Shown here: piece after piece, positions 50,465 through 62,775 of the stretch
Numbering within the stretch: the first letter of the stretch is position 1
Layout of the letters: each line of letters opens with the position of its first letter
Assembly: GCF_001194135.2 (NCBI RefSeq)
Contig: NC_068997.1
Span: 51,463,068-51,527,067, forward strand
Direction: 5' to 3'
DNA: 64,000 bases
Source: Octopus bimaculoides
Taxonomy: Eukaryota
The notes under the pieces: generated by a model
Database searches by the model: none
What the model was told of the DNA's origin: nothing
What the model saw: the letters and a program-made list of their open reading frames with translations, nothing else
Program-made: the position numbers and the translations under genes

Positions 50465-50683
50465 TAATGGTTTCAAATATTGCCACAAGGGCAGCCATTT
50501 TTTAGGGGAGGGGACTAATCGATTACATCGACCCCATTGTTTCACCGGTACTTAATTTATCGACCCCGAACGGATGAAAGGTAAAGTCGACCTCAGCGGA
50601 ATTTGAACTCAGAACGAAGCAGCAGATAAAATACCGCTAAGTAATTTACCCTACGCGTTAACGATTCTGCCCGCTCGTGGCTT
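50465..50683 (-). mobile_element. SINE family A
   Basis: gccacaaggg..gattacatcgacccc..aaaggtaaagtcgacctcagcggaatttgaactc. Confidence 0.9.
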
Positions 50684-50717
50684 AGTAGTAGTAGTAGTAG
50701 TAGTAATAATAATAATA

Positions 50718-50917
50718 ATCCTTTCTACTATAGGCACAAATTTTGGGGGAGGAAGCCAGTCGATTACATCGACCCCAGTACGCAACTGGTACTGAATTTG
50801 TCGACCCCGAAAGGATGAAAGGCAAAGTCAACCTCGGCGGAATTTGAGCTTAGAACGTGACGACGGGCGAAATACCGCTAAGCATTTTACCCTGCGCGCT
50901 AACGATTCTGCTTGCTT
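50718..50917 (-). mobile_element. SINE family A flanked by (TAG)n(TAA)n on both sides
   Basis: Consensus match with a truncated head; matching compound microsatellites left and right. Confidence 0.9.
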
Positions 50918-51531
50918 AGTATTAGTACTACTAGTAGTAGTAGTAGTAGTAGTAATAATAATAATAATAATAATAATAATGAAAAAGACTAGAGCAAAGT
51001 GGAGTGTTGGCTTTTATCAGTTGATTATAAAATGGCAGTGAAAAATTATGGTTGGCTTTGATGAAAGTGGCAGGAAACGGCGAAGAAGGAAAATAAAGAA
51101 ATCCTTCATGTGAGCGTCTGAAGTTCAGAGAATTTTCAAGAAGTTGAATGTATTTTTGGTATTTCCTTGTCTCACATATAGGCACACATCCATAAATACT
51201 CACATATATACATCTGCGCGCACACACATACAGTTACGTAAGCACACACACCCGTGCACACACGGCAAACACGTATAAACCGAAACATACACACATAAAC
51301 ATATATAAACATACACACACAAACAGATAGGCGCCTACGCATCCGTGTACACATACAAACACACGCACCTGCGAACACATACACACAAACATGCACACAT
51401 ACATATACAAAAAATATATACTTGAACACACATACAACCGTACACATACACAGGCAGACACGAATACATACACATTCATGCTCACAGGCAAACACCAGCA
51501 CCTATGCACACATCGCAAACACATTCACATT

Positions 51532-51570
<39 letters not shown>

Positions 51571-51640
51571 GTACCTCTCTTCACATAATTTATCTCTCTT
51601 CGTTTATTTGTCCTCATAATCTCATGTCCAACAATATTCT

Positions 51641-52075
51641 TTTCTGCTCTAAGCACAAGGCACAAAATTTGGGGGTGGGGGGAGGCGGCAAGCCGATTAG
51701 ATCGACCCAACTACGCAACTGGTACTTAATTTATCTGCTCTGAAAGGATGATAAGCAAAGTCGACATTGGTAGAATTTGAACTCAAAACGTAAAGACAGA
51801 CGAAATACCGCTAAACATTTCGCTCGGCTTGCTAACGTTTCTTATTTCTTTATTGTCCACAAGGGGCTAAACATAGGGGGGACAAACAAAGACAGACAAA
51901 GGGATTAAGTAGATTACATCGACCCCAGTGCGTAACTGGTACTTAATTTATCGACCTCGAAAGGATGCAAGGCAAAGTCGACCTCGGCGGAATTTGAACT
52001 CAGAACGTATCGGCAGACGAAATACCGCTCAGCATTTCGCCCGACGTGCTAACATTTCTGCCAGCTCGCCGCCTT
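51641..52075 (-). mobile_element. Dimeric SINE family A with 17-bp TSD
   Basis: Two monomers head to tail; atgtccaacaatattct at 51624-51640 and 52077-52093. Confidence 0.93.
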
Positions 52076-52469
52076 AATGTCCAACAATATTCTGCCACAA
52101 ATATGACCAGCCCTGAAGAGCAAATAATAAACCCCTTTCTCGTCATCTAGGTGATATGGGTTCGACTCCCAACTACAGCAATTTTGCCGCCAAATCTGAG
52201 CTTCTGCTTATATAGAAGTGGAAAAAAATAGGCTGTATTATCCGAAGAAGTCAACACATTTTCTCAATAACTTGGATACTTTCTTGAGTCTTTAATATCC
52301 ACTTATGTTTATCGAATGGTGAAATAATATAACTGAAACAGGAGTTGTTCTGTCACCGATTCCGAAACCCACAAGAGGACACTGTCGAACTAATATCACA
52401 AGCTCACGTAACATTTGGCAATTTTATGACTAACGCCCACAGCGGCGTCGATTTACGGTTAGATAGTCT

Positions 52470-52768
52470 GAGGTTTATGGCTCAGTGCTTAGAGCCTCGG
52501 GCTCACAATCATGAGGCAGTGAGTTCGATTCCCGGACCGTGCTGTGTGTTGTGTTCTTGAGCAAGACACTTTATTTCACGTTGCTGCACTTCATTCAGTT
52601 GTAGAAATGAGTTGTGACGCCACTGGTGCCAAGCTATATCAGCCTTTGTCTTTCTCTTGGATGACATCGGTGGCGTAGAGAGTGGGGGTGGGGGCTGGTA
52701 TGCATCGGCGACTGCTGGTCTTCCATAAATAACCCTGTCCGGACTTGTGCCTCAGGGGGAAATGTCCT
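52470..52768 (+). mobile_element. SINE family C
   Basis: tggctcagtgcttagag..gagttcgattcccggacc..gtgttcttgagcaagacactttatttcacg. Confidence 0.85.
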
Positions 52769-52869
52769 TGATTGGTTAAAATTACCCAAATACAACTTTA
52801 ACACGAAATAACTTCTAAAACAGAAAATTTTGTCAAAGATGTTAAGAATATACTCTGTTCTATGTGACA

Positions 52870-53050
52870 CATTCTACCAGTATCCGAAGTTTCAGAGTGG
52901 TTAGTTTAAAAAATTAATTAAAAAACCTCTCGGTCAGATTGAAAAGATCCCATAAATTCTAAATACAAATCTTGAAAATTTCAATAAATACAGGTACCCC
53001 TTCAAGTAAACAAAATTTATATTTTTGTGGACCCCGGTTGGGAACCCCTG
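52870..53050 (+). mobile_element. hAT-type MITE right end
   Basis: Terminal gtggaccccggttgggaacccctg resembles a CAGGGGTTCCCAAC-type hAT TIR; left end not identified. Confidence 0.5.
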
Positions 53051-53343
53051 AGCTAAATCAATTAACTATTTCATCCACCTCGGCGGCAGAATTTATAAGA
53101 CAGGCGAAATTCCGCTAAGCATTTTGCTTGGCGGAATTTTATAAAATAAATCTTGATCGAAACATACAGATATTCTTTTTTCATTCCAAAAGTTAAGAGA
53201 ACTACATTTGTCTTTTCTCTTCAGCAAACCTTTTCATTCTCCCCTTAAATCTAACGCTTTACATCTTCCCTGATCTTCCTTCCAAATTGCAACTATTCTC
53301 TTTGATGCTGCTTCTCTTCGTCTTCATCAAATATTTAACTTAT

Positions 53344-53560
53344 AGGGCGGCGAGTTAGCAGAATCGTTAGCGTACCAGGCAAAATGCTTAGCAGCATTTC
53401 GTCCGTCTTTACTTCTGAGTTCAAATTCCGCCGAGGTCGACTTTGCCTTTCATCCTTTCGGGGTCGATAACATAAATACCAGTTGAGCTCTGAGGTCGAT
53501 GTAATAGACTGAACGCCTTCCCGAAATTTCTGGCCTTGTGCCAACAATTTGGAAGCATTA
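53344..53560 (+). mobile_element. SINE family A
   Basis: agggcggcgagttagcagaatcg..gagttcaaattccgccgaggtcgactttgcctttcatcctttcggggtcgata. Confidence 0.92.
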
Positions 53561-53580
53561 TCATTAGTAGCAATATCATT

Positions 53581-53790
53581 AAGGCGGCGAGCTGGCAAAA
53601 TCGTTAACACGCCAGGCAAAATGCTTAACGACATTTCGTCCGTCTTTACGCTATGAGTTCAATTTCAGCTGAAGTCGATATTTTTGTCATCGTTTTGTGG
53701 TCAATAAAATAACCACTGAGTACTGGGGTCGATCTAATCGGCTTATCCACTCCACCGAAACTGCTAGTCTCGTGCCAAAATCTAAATCCA
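53581..53790 (+). mobile_element. SINE family A (tandem with previous)
   Basis: aaggcggcgagctggcaaaatcg..ctggggtcgatctaatcg. Confidence 0.9.
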
Positions 53791-54800
53791 AATAATTAAC
53801 TGAGAAACTCTTTCTAAATTACTGCCTCATTCATAATTTTAATCTCAGCTTTACTCAGAAACCACCTTCTGGATATTTCTCTCCCTGTACCACATATTTC
53901 GCGTTCTCTAGTTTATTTCCGACAATGATATCTGTTCAAACGTTCTTTTCACTTCTTTTGTTTTTTTCCCCCTCTTCTTCTGATTTATTTTCTTTCTTCT
54001 CAAAGATTTATGTTCTTGGAATTAAATAGGTTAAACTCTAAGTATTCACAGAAGGAAAATAAAAGATGGAATTTCTCTGTTCTACCCACAACATCTGTAG
54101 ACTTTTGGTATAACCTTGACCCAATTCCCTGCCAAAACCAATGCCAAACAAAGCAGAGATGCCTTTAATGCTCATTTTACTGGCTAGAAATAACAGCCAA
54201 ATCTCTGTGAAATCGAACTCAACATCGAAAAGGCATCGTCGTTAAAACAAATGCTGTACTTTTCTGTATTTATTTTGGTACCTTCCAAAATGAAGTCAAA
54301 TATCGCCAAAATCTACTTCTTTCGTACTTCTGGGGCCAGTAAATGAAGTAGCAGTCTCTTGAAGTGAACAAGTAGAACGGTCAGTGTGTTGCACAAGAAG
54401 CCTTGCTCTGACTCTTCATGTTTTGAGTTCAAACCCTCCTATGACGTATTTAAGCGGTAGATTTAACCCATCGCCATATTTAGCACCTCTGCCTGGCATC
54501 TTGGGCGCCTTGAATGCAGAACAAAATGTCGCAGATTCAGCTCTGGTCTTCGAACGAGAACTAAACAAATCCTTAGAGACGTCGACTCCCATTCCAGTAT
54601 TCTGAACCGCATGTGTCTTTACCTCTCGTCACCTATATCATAGCCCCAACAGGCTCCACGATGGTCACGATGGCCAATTACTTCTGCTGTCGAAGACAGA
54701 ACTCTTGAAATTACCTTGTTGCCATCGAGGGAAACGGGATAGTAATGGAATCAGTTTGACCGGACTGAGACAATCTGTACAGACCATTGTACAGTTATTC

Positions 54801-54975
54801 TATGAAATCGCAAGAATTTGAAATATGAAAGATGTAAAATTGGTGCATTGGGAACTGTAAGCAAAGATATAGACAAATGGTTGAAGGAGGCTGGAATAGA
54901 ATGTCCTGTAGAGCTTCTACAGAAAGTTTGACCCTTATGGACAGGAAAGATTTTCAGGAGGGTTCTAAGCAGTTC
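54801..54975 (+). mobile_element. R4/Dong-like LINE C-terminal fragment
   Basis: YEIARI.NMKDV..IGALGTVSKDIDKWLKEAGIECPVELLQKV*PLWTGKIFRRVL matches the VIGALG....L.K.L..IG......LQK..LLGT..I.R.VL terminus. Confidence 0.8.
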
Positions 54976-55180
54976 AAAGATTATTGAAAGCTAGTGAAAT
55001 CGACCAGCTTCTCGACCCACTCCTCATAGCCAACAGTATATTCTCTGACCCTGTGCCTATTGTAGAAGAAAAAAGGGTCATTTGTTATTCAGTTTTGATG
55101 TGGACAATAGTGATGATAATATTGAGGCTGAGGATGAAAATGCCGATGATGATGATAATAAAGAAGGGGGGAACAAGGAG

Positions 55181-55370
55181 GAGAAAGAGGAGAGGATGAG
55201 GACGGTGGTGGAGAAAGAGGAGAGGATGAGGACGGTGGTGGAGAAAGAGGAGAGGATGAGGACGGTGGTNNNNNNNNNNAGGATGAGGACGGTGGTGGAG
55301 AAAGAGGAGAGGATGAGGACGGTGGTGGAGAAAGAGGAGAGGATGAGGACGGTGGTGGAGAAAGAGGAGG
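55181..55370 (+). repeat. 30-bp tandem repeat
   Basis: gagaaagaggagaggatgaggacggtggtg at least 6 times, with a 10-N gap inside. Confidence 0.95.
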
Positions 55371-55934
55371 TGGTAGGGGAGGAGGTAGAGGACAACGATG
55401 ACGATGAGAATGAGGACGAGGGGGACCCGGGAGAGATGAGTAGGAGGAGAAGGTGTAGGTGGTGAGAGAAAGTGGAGGAGGGGGTAGGAGGAGAGGGTGA
55501 GGATGAGGAGAGGAAGAAGAGGCAGAACGAGATTAAAGACGACGACGACGACGACGATGAGAACGGGGAAAAGCGAAGGGGATGATGACAACGAGAGCGA
55601 GGTTGATTGTGCTGCTGGAAAAGAGGTTAAAAACCCCCGAAATATAAAGGAAGTGATAATATGGTAGATATAGGGTATTGGATGCGATAGGGTTCCACCA
55701 CACAGAGTCAAACTGTCAACACGTCTATACAGGGCGGCTAATAAATATTTATAATATTCACTTAAACGTGTAAACATACAGACTAACTTTGTGCCACTGA
55801 CAAACCGCACAGAGTCAAAATATTAAGTAAATATGTATGAACGGGTGTGTGACAGTGTGTACCTGTGTATGTGTGTGCATATATACATACATACATACAT
55901 ACATACACATATATATATACACATTTTTTTATAA

Positions 55935-56100
55935 TTTTACTAGTTTCAGTCATCTGACTGCGGCCATGCTGGAGCACCGCCTTAAAAGATTTATTCTTCG
56001 TAAGTCTAGTACTTATTCTATCGGTTAGTTTGGCCGAACCGCTAAGTTAAGGGTTACGGAGGCGCAAATAGAACAACATCGATTGTCAAGCGACGGAGTG
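55935..56100 (-). mobile_element. SINE family B, 3' half
   Basis: gtttcagtcatctgactgcggccatgctggagcaccgcc..gtacttattctatcgg..gccgaaccgctaag..catcgattgtcaagc. Confidence 0.85.
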
Positions 56101-56314
56101 GCATTGAAACAATTGTAACTAATAACAAAATTATTCTAAATTCATCGTTATATGTATAAATATATATAATATTTATGACTACTAGGAGGTTTCATTCAAG
56201 TTGTAAATTCCTCTGATGGGTAATTCCATGTTTGCTCCACTGGATGGTAACGTAGAACATAACTGAGGGCTACCACGGTATCCGCCCGGATAATATATTC
56301 CCTCTAAACTCGCA

Positions 56315-56366
<52 letters not shown>

Positions 56367-57951
56367 TATATATATTTTGATACACACATATATACTCGCA
56401 TGCACACACCTATCAATCAATCAATCATTCTATATATAGGGTGACAGCTCTAGCCAGTGATGTGTATAAATTTCTTACGGGTCCGAATTTGCCTCATGCA
56501 TATTTGAACTGATAACAATTCCGTGTGTGTGTGTGTGTGTGCATAAAATATGTCATTATGTGTGTCATACGTGTAAATAAATACTAGAGTTTTACAGAAA
56601 TTAATGAAATGTTTCCTGGTAAAAGGAGCCCAATGTATTGTGACTGACAGGGACCACTTATTACGCACAAAATCCTTTCGTGGCGTCTTTCAAGGCACCG
56701 TTTAGGGCTCACTTATCTTCGTTAAGTAAAAAAATATAAAAACGTCATCAAACCTAATAAATTATCATAGAAAATAATTGCAAACAACTTCAATTTTTAA
56801 GAAAGGCATCAGCGTACTAGGTGACTGTTCATAACTCCATTCAGTGTACCAGGGAAAAAAATATGCTGCTAGATAAGAAAAGATTTAAGCTGAAAGACTT
56901 TGACAATATGCTAGAAATCTATCATTCGCTTTGAAGACAAACGAATAAAAGGATATACTATAAACGTTATATTCTCTTTCTTTAGGAAAGTCTCCCATGG
57001 CATCAAATGATATCAGACACTTTGATGTGACAGTCAACATAAACGCAAGCATGGCGTCCGGAGTGAAAATACAGTCGACATGGCCAGCAGGATTGCCATT
57101 GGATGTATAGGCCTTTCCGGTCTAAAGAGCTAGAAACTGTGTTACTTCTTGTCACCTATATTTGTCACCTACAAAATTATCGATCTCACATTACTTAAAC
57201 ACATAATGGCTGTAATAATTCTGTTGTTAAGATTGTTTGCTCAGTTCAACATTAATACCAAAACCAATCAACGTAGTAAAAGAGAAAAAAAAAAATGAAA
57301 AGGCTTAATCAGGTATTAATGGCGGTGAAGTAGGTTTCGGGTAGCAGCAACTGATGCGAGCAATACTGGTCCTAACATCGGCTCTATGTATGTATGTATG
57401 TATGTATGTATGTATGTATGTATGTATGCATGCATCCAAGCATGTATGTACATATATACGTATATATGTACGCGTGTCATTATTCAGTTTAATTTCAAAA
57501 AGGAACAACATAAACACACGCATTTATATATACATACATATACGTATTTGTGTGTGTGTGTGTGTGTGTGTGTATANNNNNNNNNNNNNNNNNNNNNNNN
57601 NNNNNNNNNNNNNNNNNNNNNNNNNNNNNNNNNNNNNNNNNNNNNNNNNNNNNNNNNNNNNNNNNNNNNNNNNNNNNNNNNNNNNNNNNNNNNNNNNNNN
57701 NNNNNNNNNNNNNNNNNNNNNNNNNNNNNNNNNNNNNNNNNNNNNNNNNNNNNNNNNNNNNNNNNNNNNNNNNNNNNNNNNNNNNNNNNNNNNNNNNNTG
57801 TCAAAAATATTTTTGTTTCAAAATAATATATATATATATATATCAATATCTATGTATTTATTGTATATATATATGCATATATGTGTGTGTGTGTTTATGT
57901 TTCTCGCCCTCTTTGTACACATATGTATATATTTATATACATATATGTGTG

Positions 57952-57992
<41 letters not shown>

Positions 57993-58010
57993 TTGTATAC
58001 NNNNNNNNNN

Positions 58011-58054
<44 letters not shown>

Positions 58055-58339
58055 TCTATGTATGTACATTTATATGTGTGAGTGTGTGCGTGTGTTTATA
58101 AATACATATATATACAAACATATATAAAATAACAGTTATAAACACACAGACAGACATAATCAGTAGAACAAAATAAAAAAACAAAACAAAACAAAACAAC
58201 ATACAAACATGTTATTTACTGTGAGAGGGAACATTTACAGGGGAACATTTACAATTCCATTTATTTCAACAGAAGACAGAAATATTCTTCACCTAGAGAG
58301 CTTCAGAAACGTTTATACGTAATTCTACATAGTTTAAGC

Positions 58340-58900
58340 CATTACCATAGCCATACCATACCATCACCACCACCACCACCACCACCAGCATCACAACCAC
58401 CTCTTAGACCACCACCGCCATCACAACAACGAAGAGGACCCCCATCACCATCACCACAATAACAGCAACCACCACCACCAACAACAACAACACTAACATT
58501 ATCACCTTCACCGCCACTGCCTTCACTATGAGACCACAACCTCCATCACAACCACCATCTCCACCAGCACCATACCACCACCACCACCACCACAATCACT
58601 TCCATTGTCTCCCCTTCCAACCATCACCGCCCACTACCATCATTGCCCACACCATCAGCTCAACCACCACCACCACCACCACCACAGCAGCAACCAACGC
58701 CACCACCACCACTACCATACCACCACCACAGCAACAACAACCAACACATAACAACCAACACCGCCACCACCATCACCACCATCACAACAACAACCAACCA
58801 CCACTACCATCTCCACCATCACCACCACCACAACAACCACCACCACCACCACCACCAACAGCTACCACCACCCCCACCAGCCACCACCCCACCATATGTA
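58340..58900 (+). repeat. (CAC/ACC/AAC)n low-complexity tract
   Basis: Degenerate trinucleotide repeats giving Pro/His/Thr runs in all frames. Confidence 0.9.
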
Positions 58901-59492
58901 GATACCCAAACAGCACCCTATCTAATTAAATGTTAACAGACCTTTTTTTTCCCTTTCTTCCCAGTCATCCACCTACTCACGTTTCTTTCTCCCTCACTTC
59001 TTTTTTCCACTTTTTTTTTTTTTTCATAACTCAGAGAAAGGGACGTTGACCCAGAATCATCGCTTCCCCCCTTTCGCTGCTGCTGCTTCTTTCCACAATT
59101 CTTTCCTCAATTGTCTTCAGAATTGGTGATTCTTATTCTTTGAATGTTTCTCCTCTTAGGTTTAACAAATTCGTGTTCTATGCTACATTAGTTTTGTTGC
59201 TGTTGTTGTTCTCCTCCTCCTCCTTTTTTGTGAATTACTTTTTCATCTTTGATAAAGTTTAAGCGTTCGTTTCTTGCTATTATTTATTTGCTTATTTAAT
59301 GGTTATATTCTAAATACTTCTTATCTATCCATCTCTCTATCTTTCCGTCCATTCATCCATCTAAAGTCACTCGCTATCTCTTTGACATATCTATTTACAT
59401 TTTCATCTATCTATCTATCCAGCCATCCATCCATCTTTCTATCTTTCTTTCTGGTCCATCTATCTATCTGGTTCATTTATCTATCCGTCTCT

Positions 59493-59630
59493 CTGTTTGT
59501 CTATCTGGTCTGTTTGTCTATCTGGTCTGTTTGTCTATCTGGTCTGTTTGTCTATCTGGTCTGTTTGTCTATCTGGTCTGTTTATCTATCTGTCTCTCTG
59601 TTTGTCTATCTGGTCTGTTTGTCTGGTCTG
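59493..59630 (+). repeat. 20-bp tandem repeat
   Basis: ctgtttgtctatctggt-based 20-bp unit, about 5-6 copies, within (TATC)-like sequence. Confidence 0.9.
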
Positions 59631-59718
59631 TCGATTTATGTATTCGTCCGTCTCTCTGTCTACCTATCTGTCTGACATCTATCTATATCTGTATGTATGC
59701 ATGTTTTTCACACACACA

Positions 59719-59747
<29 letters not shown>

Positions 59748-59749
<2 letters not shown>

Positions 59750-59920
59750 GCAGCCGCAGACGTAGCAGTTTGGTAAAAAGTGTTCATCCCATCCACATCG
59801 TTCCAGTTTCGGTTCCACAGCGTGACTCCCTTCGACAGGAGTCTACAACTATAGCCTCGAGCTGACCTAAGCTTTTCGACTGGATTTGGTAGACGGAAAC
59901 AGAGAAACCAGTCATATAAA
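59748..59920 (+). mobile_element. SINE family B, 5' half, diverged
   Basis: gcagacgtagcagtttggtaaa..ctatagcctcgagctgacc..ggatttggtagacggaaac. Confidence 0.7.
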
Positions 59921-60589
59921 ACAAAGAATTGGCAGGATAAAACATGCCACAATTGCTTAACTGTGGGGTTAGACAAGAGCATGTCTGCACCATAATCGCT
60001 AGCTATGCCTGTTCTAAATGAGAATCTTGGTGACGTAGTTAGAAACCGCAAACCGTATATTATTTTTCGGCTGTGAAAGAGTGCACTCTGGGTGTGCAGA
60101 TCACTAAGGACACAGTTTGGAATTCGGTTTCGAATCTCTTGCTAATTCAACCACCCAGAAACACCAATATAATCTTATCTCATCTTTAGATCTTTTTGAA
60201 ATAAAATTCTCTATTAATTTCCTGAGTAAATCATTTTTTTTTTACAAAATTCTACGTACTCAAAAGCAGGCACACATACACTCATAGAAATGCATCCCCA
60301 CACAAACATACACACACGCAGGCGCATATATATGTGTGTGTGTACCGGCATGTATGTATGTATGTATGTATACATATATATATGTGTGTGTTTGGATATA
60401 TGTATATATACACACACATATTTATATATGTATATATATATATATATATATGTGTGTGTTTGATACGTCTATGTAACATATGAAATATATATTAAATCTC
60501 TCCCTCTAAGGATATATATATGTGTATATGCATATATGCATAATGTATGCTTTATATATATATACATGTGTATATATCTACCTCTCTCG

Positions 60590-60621
<32 letters not shown>

Positions 60622-60725
60622 TTAATATATATGTATATAAGTGTACATACATACAGGCGCACACATATATACATGAATATAAAAACAACAACAATAAATA
60701 ATAAAGATAATAATGATAACTGTGG

Positions 60726-60727
<2 letters not shown>

Positions 60728-60756
<29 letters not shown>

Positions 60757-60835
60757 GATAATAATAACAACAACAACATCAACGAAAACAACGAGTACAA
60801 CAGTAAGAAGAAGAACAACAACTATAAGGACAATA
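60728..60835. repeat. (AAT/AAC)n microsatellite
   Basis: Trinucleotide runs. Confidence 0.9.
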
Positions 60836-61323
60836 ACAATGTTGAAATATAAAACCCAATTGAAACATCTGGAAAACGATTTTGAATATAATATTTCATT
60901 GTATATATTTATATTGTTTCATATATTACATATCCTATGTTTATCTTCGTCTCATGTATTCACCTCGTTACTGATCTCACGATGAATTTCCATCTACAGT
61001 ATTGTTATCAATGTTAGGAAGCAATAACCGCCATTTTAATGTAGATGAACATAGGTATTCCCTAGTACTTTCGCTAATTTTTTCGTGTTATTTGCTTTGA
61101 AATCCAGAAGAAACCGATCATTTCGTCAGGAAATGTTCACATGAGAAATGAAGAAAATAGCTATATGTTATATCATAAATCTACTTTAAAAATATTTTCA
61201 ACGTAACAAATATATATATCTTGTAGAATATTCTACACACACAAATACAAGCATACCTATCTACCTATGTATGTATGCATCTGCCTACCTGTGTGTCTCT
61301 CTCTATCTTATTAGACATACATA

Positions 61324-61362
<39 letters not shown>

Positions 61363-61603
61363 TACGTACAAGCACTCAATAGATATGAGTGTGTGTAAGT
61401 GNNNNNNNNNNNNNNNNNNNNNNNNNNNNNNNNNNNNNNNNNNNNNNNNNNNNNNNNNNNNNNNNNNNNNNNNNNNNNNNNNNNNNNNNNNNNNNNNNNN
61501 NNNNNNNNNNNNNNNNNNNNNNNNNNNNNNNNNNNNNNNNNNNNNNNNNNNNNNNNNNNNNNNNNNNNNNNNNNNNNNNNNNNATATATATATATATATA
61601 TAT

Positions 61604-61741
61604 GTGTATGTAAATATATAAAAACAAAAGATAAAGAGAGCAAAGGTAAGGTTGAAGAATTGTATGAATAGAGTCTTACAGCTGTTTCAACCTTAGCTTT
61701 GCTCTCTTTATCTTTTTGTTTTTATATATTTACATATACAC
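61604..61741. mobile_element. Fold-back element with ~53-bp arms beside (TA)n
   Basis: gtgtatgtaaatatataaaaacaaaagataaagagagcaaaggtaaggttgaa (61604-61656) versus ttcaaccttagctttgctctctttatc..tacatatacac (61686-61741); 29-nt loop. Confidence 0.8.
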
Positions 61742-62189
61742 ACGCTAGCTAATACACGACTTATAATACCCAATCCTATTCATACAACGACTGGGGCAAA
61801 CTAATCGGTATACAGCACTTACTCGGTATTACCTGTATCCTCCGGGGTTTGGTTAAATCCAATACCCTCCTCAACCTTATATATATATGTAAATATATAG
61901 TTTTTGGGAAAGAAACAAGGTTCTTTTATATATACTGATATATATTGTCATTTGCGTGCTAGATATAACCTGCTCCTCGATATAACACCTGCAGATCAAG
62001 TGCCTTTACGTGCAGTACGTTCTTTTGTAAACATTTAAGCGACGTGTTCAGGCTGAAGATAATGTCATTACACCAGAATTAGAGGCCCGGGTAGGATCAG
62101 AGAGCTGGCACTTCATCTTCTGACAAAAAGATTTAAAACATATCTATGTATTTTGTATAGAAACGAATTTCATATCCCTGTTTGTATGC

Positions 62190-62440
62190 CCAGGTGCAGA
62201 ATAAACATGTGCTTATTTAGTAAAAGACGCATTTCGCTTTAGTGTTAACGGAGCAATTTATGCTCAAGTCAGTAAAGCATTAGACACATTAGGTCAACGG
62301 GATCTATTGTTGAACAACAACTTTTTTTGTGGAAGTCGGTTATCAGGTACAAATGAGAAAGCAAGTGGACCATACCATCTCATGAAAGTCGTTCTAATAG
62401 ATTATCAATCACAGAAAGCAAATCTCCAATTCAAACATGT
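62190..62440 (+). mobile_element. Possible decayed Penelope-like RT fragment
   Basis: Open frame of about 80 codons, AYLVKDAFRFSVNGAIYAQVS..GQRDLLLNNNFF, weakly like the PLE motif F.FNG.IY.Q.DG.AMGSPL..LLANFFM; lies just upstream of a hammerhead motif. Confidence 0.3.
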
Positions 62441-62452
62441 CAATATATAAAG

Positions 62453-62670
62453 CAAGGCGGCGAGCTGGCAGAGTGGTTAGCACGTCGGGCGAAATGCTTA
62501 GCAGTATTTCGTCTGTCTTTACGTTCTGAGTTCAAATTCCACAGAGGTCGACTTTGTCTTTCATCTTTTCGTGTTCGATAAATTAAGCAGCAGTTGCGTA
62601 CTGGGGTCGATCTAATCGACTGGCCCCTTCCCCCAAACTTTCGGACCTTGTGCCTAGCGTAGAAAAGAAT
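62453..62670 (+). mobile_element. SINE family A, full length
   Basis: aaggcggcgagctggcagagtggttagcacg..gcgtagaaaagaatata. Confidence 0.93.
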
Positions 62671-62728
62671 ATACATTGTTTACGTGATTCGTGAGAAACA
62701 TTCTCCATAATACCGATAATTGACGGAT

Positions 62729-62775
62729 GAGAATATATGACCCTGATGAGTCTTTAGGAAGACGAAGGTATTCTC
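62729..62775 (+). ncRNA. Hammerhead ribozyme motif with stem III deletion
   Basis: GAGAATATATGACC-CTGATGA-GTCTT(TAGG)AAGAC-GAA-gg-TATTCTC: intact CUGAUGA and perfect 5-bp stem II; the 3' end of stem I pairs with GAGAATA. Confidence 0.6.

Noticed and set aside
55082-55810. 127-aa and 241-aa ORFs with EKEERMRTVV or HHRPHPLLFL repeats
   Set aside because: Products of a 30-bp tandem repeat and GA-rich sequence with an internal gap.
58342-58936. Pro/His/Gln-rich ORFs resembling a transcription factor
   Set aside because: Open in several frames on both strands because of (CAC)n-type repeats; no domain or splice support.
59035-59125. Possible exon after a poly-T acceptor (KGTLTQNHRFPPFAAAASF...)
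   Set aside because: The acceptor is explained by a poly-T run, the donor is weak, and no homology is recognised.
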